NCBI RefSeq assembly: GCF_009834535.1
Contig: NC_045712.1
Span: 43,400,001 to 43,464,000 of the forward strand
Origin: Camelus ferus
Lineage: Eukaryota
Reading direction: 5' to 3'
Length of the DNA: 64,000 nt
The notes beneath the pieces are model-generated. The model ran no database searches. It was not told the origin of the DNA and saw nothing but the letters and a program-made list of their open reading frames with translations. Positions 60,255-64,000 of the stretch are shown here, piece by piece (the first letter of the stretch is position 1; the number at the start of each line of letters is the position of its first letter). A program made the position numbers and the translations under genes.

Positions 60255-60860
60255 AGTTCTGTTCCACGCCCAGACGTCTGAGGCTCCCTGGTGACCTGGG
60301 GCAAGTTATTGAACTTCTCTGGGAACCTCAGTGTTTTCCCCTTTCTTTACTTAATCATAAGTATTCAGCCATCCTCAGAGAGTTGTTTGATGATCAAGAG
60401 GGAAATATTTTCATTGACTCATGAAATGATTATTGAGCAAGTCCATAAAATCCTTCCCAGGGAGATCTGGCAGCGTCTTGGGGACAGTGGCGTATGTGGA
60501 GGGATGGTAGTGTCAGAAGTAAGTGATGGAACAGAGAGAAAATACTGGTTCGGTGGCTGTGTGATGGGGCATGGAGGTCTCCAGAGCTGGTCTTGAAGGC
60601 TAAGGGTCCACAGAACTTAGCATATGGCAGGGTGCTGTGTAGTGTGTGGTGATGTGGGTTAGAACTCTTGAGTCCAGCGGAACTGCCTTCAAATCCTGGC
60701 TCTGACTCTTCAAAGCCCTATGATGGTGGTCAAGGTGACCAACCAGCCTGAGCCTCAGTCTCCTCATTGATAAAGTGGACATGATGGAATTGTTCTGAGG
60801 ACTGAGTGATGGAAAGCTCTTTGCAGACATGATTACAAATACAAAGTGTTGTTATTAAAG
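60255..60860. mobile_element. Two MIR fragments (about 60255-60430 and 60640-60860)
   Basis: gtgacctggggcaagttattgaacttctctgggaacctcagt; ttcaaatcctggctctg...gcctcagtctcctcatt. Confidence 0.6.
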
Positions 60861-60904
60861 TTACCTTTCAGGATGAAGAGATTCTGTTTGGGCGTCTTGG
60901 GCCA

Positions 60905-61015
60905 GTGCTTCTCAAAGATTATTGCGCATATGAATCACCTGGGGCACCTTTCTAAAATGCGGATTCTGAATCAGAAGTCTGGGTGGAGCCTGAGATTCTG
61001 CTTTTCTCACTAACT
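60905..61015. mobile_element. MER5A-like MITE
   Basis: cagtgcttctcaaag...gaatcacctgggg...aaaatgcggattctgaatcagaagtctgggtggagcctgagattctgc. Confidence 0.7.
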
Positions 61016-61724
61016 TTTCAGTTCTTAAGTGTGGACCGCTGCCTCTCCAGGTAAAGTCTGAGTCCTTCATGGGGGCTGAAGAGCACTGTTTGGGGAGAGG
61101 ATAGGGATGGCTCAGGCTTCCTAGGCAGGTCTGGCCTGGGACTGGGGCAGAGAGAGCTGAAGCTTGCTGGGCTTGCTGCTGTTGGATAAGATGTTTACTC
61201 TGGAAGAAGGGGAGGTAGTGGATTTAACTCAGCTTCCTTCAAGTGCCTTAGGACCAGTCCCCTGGAGGAAGCTCTTCCTGGCCAAATAGCCCAATGCTGC
61301 CTACTTCTCCTGCATGCTGGTCTTGACAGTGTGGAGATGAATAAGCCACTGACCCTGCCACGGTGTAGATGGGGATGGGGTGGGGACAGGCATGCATACC
61401 TGTAATTATTACGTGTTAAGATAAGCACTCTGTAGAGTTCATGGGTAATGGCTATGGGGGTAAGAGGGTTGGAAAAGGGAGGAGAATGTCCTGGTGGTAA
61501 TTATATCTGAACTGGGTTTTGAAGGATGAATCACAGTGATAGGCTGGAGAGCAGGGCAGAAGAGTATAAAGAACAGCCTTCTAGGATTAAGGAACAGCAT
61601 GCGCAAAGATAAGGTGTCATGCAACAGGCTGGTGTGTTCAGGTCACTGAACTTAAGAATTGTTTGGAGCACAGAATATGATGGGAAGAGCTTGGTTCAGG
61701 GAAGTAGATCTCCGTTCGTGAAGA

Positions 61725-62080
61725 TGTATTAGTCAGGATAGGCTAAGCTCTGCTGCAGTAACAAATCAACTTCATCATTCAGTAGCTTAACCCAACCACG
61801 GCCACTTCTCACTCATACTGTGTGTCCTTCATAGGTCATTGGAGGATCATGTTGACAGAGCTTTCTCATCTTACAGACACACCATTTGGAAAAATTGGTT
61901 TATGGAGTCACCAGTGCAGTAGGAGATTGTGGGAGAGCTGATCTCTGGCTTTTCCGTGCTTCAGTCTGGGACGGATGCATTGTTATGCCACAGACCATTG
62001 GCCAGAACCAGTAAGTGAGGGGGCTGGGGAAGCGATGCAGGGTGTGTGGATGGGAAGTTTAGAGAACATCACTGTCTCTC
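61725..62080. mobile_element. Old MLT1 LTR
   Basis: tgtattagtcaggataggctaagctctgctgcagtaacaaatc. Confidence 0.6.
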
Positions 62081-62658
62081 CCACATATACCTTGTTATGT
62101 AGCTTAAGCCTCATTCTGAAGGCCAGAGCTTTTCAAATGGAAGTAACGTGAATTTCTTTCAAGGAAGAAAAGTCTTATAGAGTCTAGTGGTGGCCTGAAT
62201 TATTTTTATTATGGTGCAATTCAAATATGGAATAGCCCTAAATATGTCTAAACTCTATATTTAGAGCTCTCCTATGACCGTAAAACCAAAACAAATATAC
62301 AAATAAAATATCAACACAGCTACAAATCGAGTAAATTCAGATTAACTGCATGAATTTAACATGATGGATGAAGTCATTTTTGCTAAAACTAGATCATTGT
62401 TTCTGGGTCTAAAAAATAATGTTTGGGATGCTGTGTGCCACAACACATAAGTTGGATGATGGCTTAATTCCCCCCTCAGTTTCCTTTGGGTTTATTAAGT
62501 CTGATTTGTTGCTTTCTCTTTAACCTGTGATAATTAAAATAATAGTAATATTTCTTTTTGCCAATGACATCACCAGTGCAAGAATACAGACAGTGGAATT
62601 ATGTGGCCTCACTTGGTCACAATATGTTGGTTTGGATGGTCCAGAATATGTTTCTATT

Positions 62659-62768
62659 TATTTTCTTTCTTTTTTTTTTTTTTTTTGTAATTAATGGAGC
62701 TACTGGGGATTGAACCCAGGACCTCATGCATGCTAAGCACACGCTGTACCGCTGAGCTATACCCTCCT
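62659..62768 (-). mobile_element. Camelid tRNA-derived SINE (short-tail form)
   Basis: Reverse-complement head, poly-T tail, tttctatt TSD-like on both sides. Confidence 0.85.
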
Positions 62769-63869
62769 TCCTGATTTTCTATTAATAATCTTAAAAGAGA
62801 TAATCATTAAAGTGAAAGCACAAAGTTAAACAAAAAATATTTTTGGAGAACTTGTGAACCCTGTAGAATATGTCTGAGGATTCCCCCAGAATCTGAGAAA
62901 CAGGTGGAAACCCACTGGTGAGTTTAGCTGGTGTGGGGGGAGAGAGTTGACCAACTTGATGCTTTAGAGCCATCACTTTGTCCAGGTGTGTGGAAGGCCA
63001 GAGATGGTTCAGGTCCAATATGCTGAGGGTGGACGTTCAAGCAGGAAGTAGTTCAGGGAATGGAGAGGAGGTGCCCACTTTGAGAGACATTTAGGAAGTG
63101 GGATCCCCAGGACTTGGAGATGGAGGGGAGGAGTCAAGGCTGGCTCTTGGTTGCGGGGATCGGGCAGTTGATGGAGCCACCGACCAGCGGGAGGACCACA
63201 CGGGTCCACGGGAGGAACAGAAGAGCTTTAGGCCAAAGCTGTGTTCAGCCATATTCACCACCCCACCTCTTCTAACTGGCTTGAGCCCTCTAGAACCAGT
63301 TTCTGAGGAAATGTTGCATCTTGTGGTGTTTTTTTTTTTCTCTCCAGGACATTTACTTAGTGTTCATTAGACTATTCTGAGTGGCTTTGTTAGCCTTTCT
63401 GCTTTGCCTGCTCCTTCTGTCCTGTTGTCAGGGTTCTGGCAACGTTTTGCCCGATTGAGCGTACCTTTGTCTCCTATATATTGTGAAAAATACTAGAGAA
63501 GATGGCGAATGGTTCTGAAGTTGAAGCCATCATCCCAGAGGCTGTGAGATTAGTTACCTGCCTTCAGTTTTTAAGAGCACCAGCAATCAACTTTCCACTC
63601 TGTTTTTTGTAGAGAGAGTTTCAAAATTCTACGAGGAGAGATCGGACTCGGTGCCAGTTAAATGGTCTCTAGGTAATTATGTGAGGAGTATGGAAACTGC
63701 AGTTTGGGGAAGCGGAGGGCAGAGGGCACAAGGCCTCACAGACACACAGACAAAAATGTTCCAAAAACACATCTGTGGTGGTTAGAGTGAAATCTTGTGT
63801 TCATTAAAGTTTTTGCCCTTAAGTAATTAAAAATGTAATATATTATTTCCTCTGTCTATGAATTTTTTT

Positions 63870-64000
63870 TTGGATTCTTTTTTACTGAAGTATAGTTAGT
63901 TTACAATGTGTCAATTTCTGGTGTACAGCATAATGTTTCAGTCATACATATACATACACATATTCCTTTTCATATTCTTTTTCATTAGAGGTTATTACAA
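63870..64000 (-). mobile_element. L1 3'-end fragment (runs off window)
   Basis: tactgaagtatagttagtttacaatgtg...ggtgtacagcataatgtttcagtcatacat. Confidence 0.8.

Noticed and set aside
1-64000. CRISPR arrays, rRNA, prokaryotic operons
   Set aside because: None seen; the window is intron-rich mammalian DNA.

Overview
Mammalian (camelid, from tRNA-derived Vic-1-type SINEs) genomic DNA. The + strand carries the 3' 16 coding exons of TRANK1 (2777-41286, about 2,680 codons after correcting five +1 indels; N-terminus lies upstream of the window). About 14 kb further on are a CpG-island promoter and the first coding exon of a gene matching DCLK3 (57081-57165). Introns and intergenic DNA contain SINEs, L1 3' fragments (some nested), MaLR/ERV LTRs, MIRs, hAT/Tigger MITEs and two N-gaps. 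The most interesting signal is in the TRANK1 protein. Besides ankyrin/TPR repeats and a complete UvrD-like SF1 helicase, I see a RelE/ParE-toxin-like segment just before the helicase, a CCCH-type zinc finger and a split C2H2 finger. Together these suggest an RNA-targeting defence-type enzyme (inference; needs HMM/structure confirmation). All five frameshifts lengthen an existing base run by one and look like sequencing errors. Gene identities and human comparisons are from memory; repeat family names are by eye.
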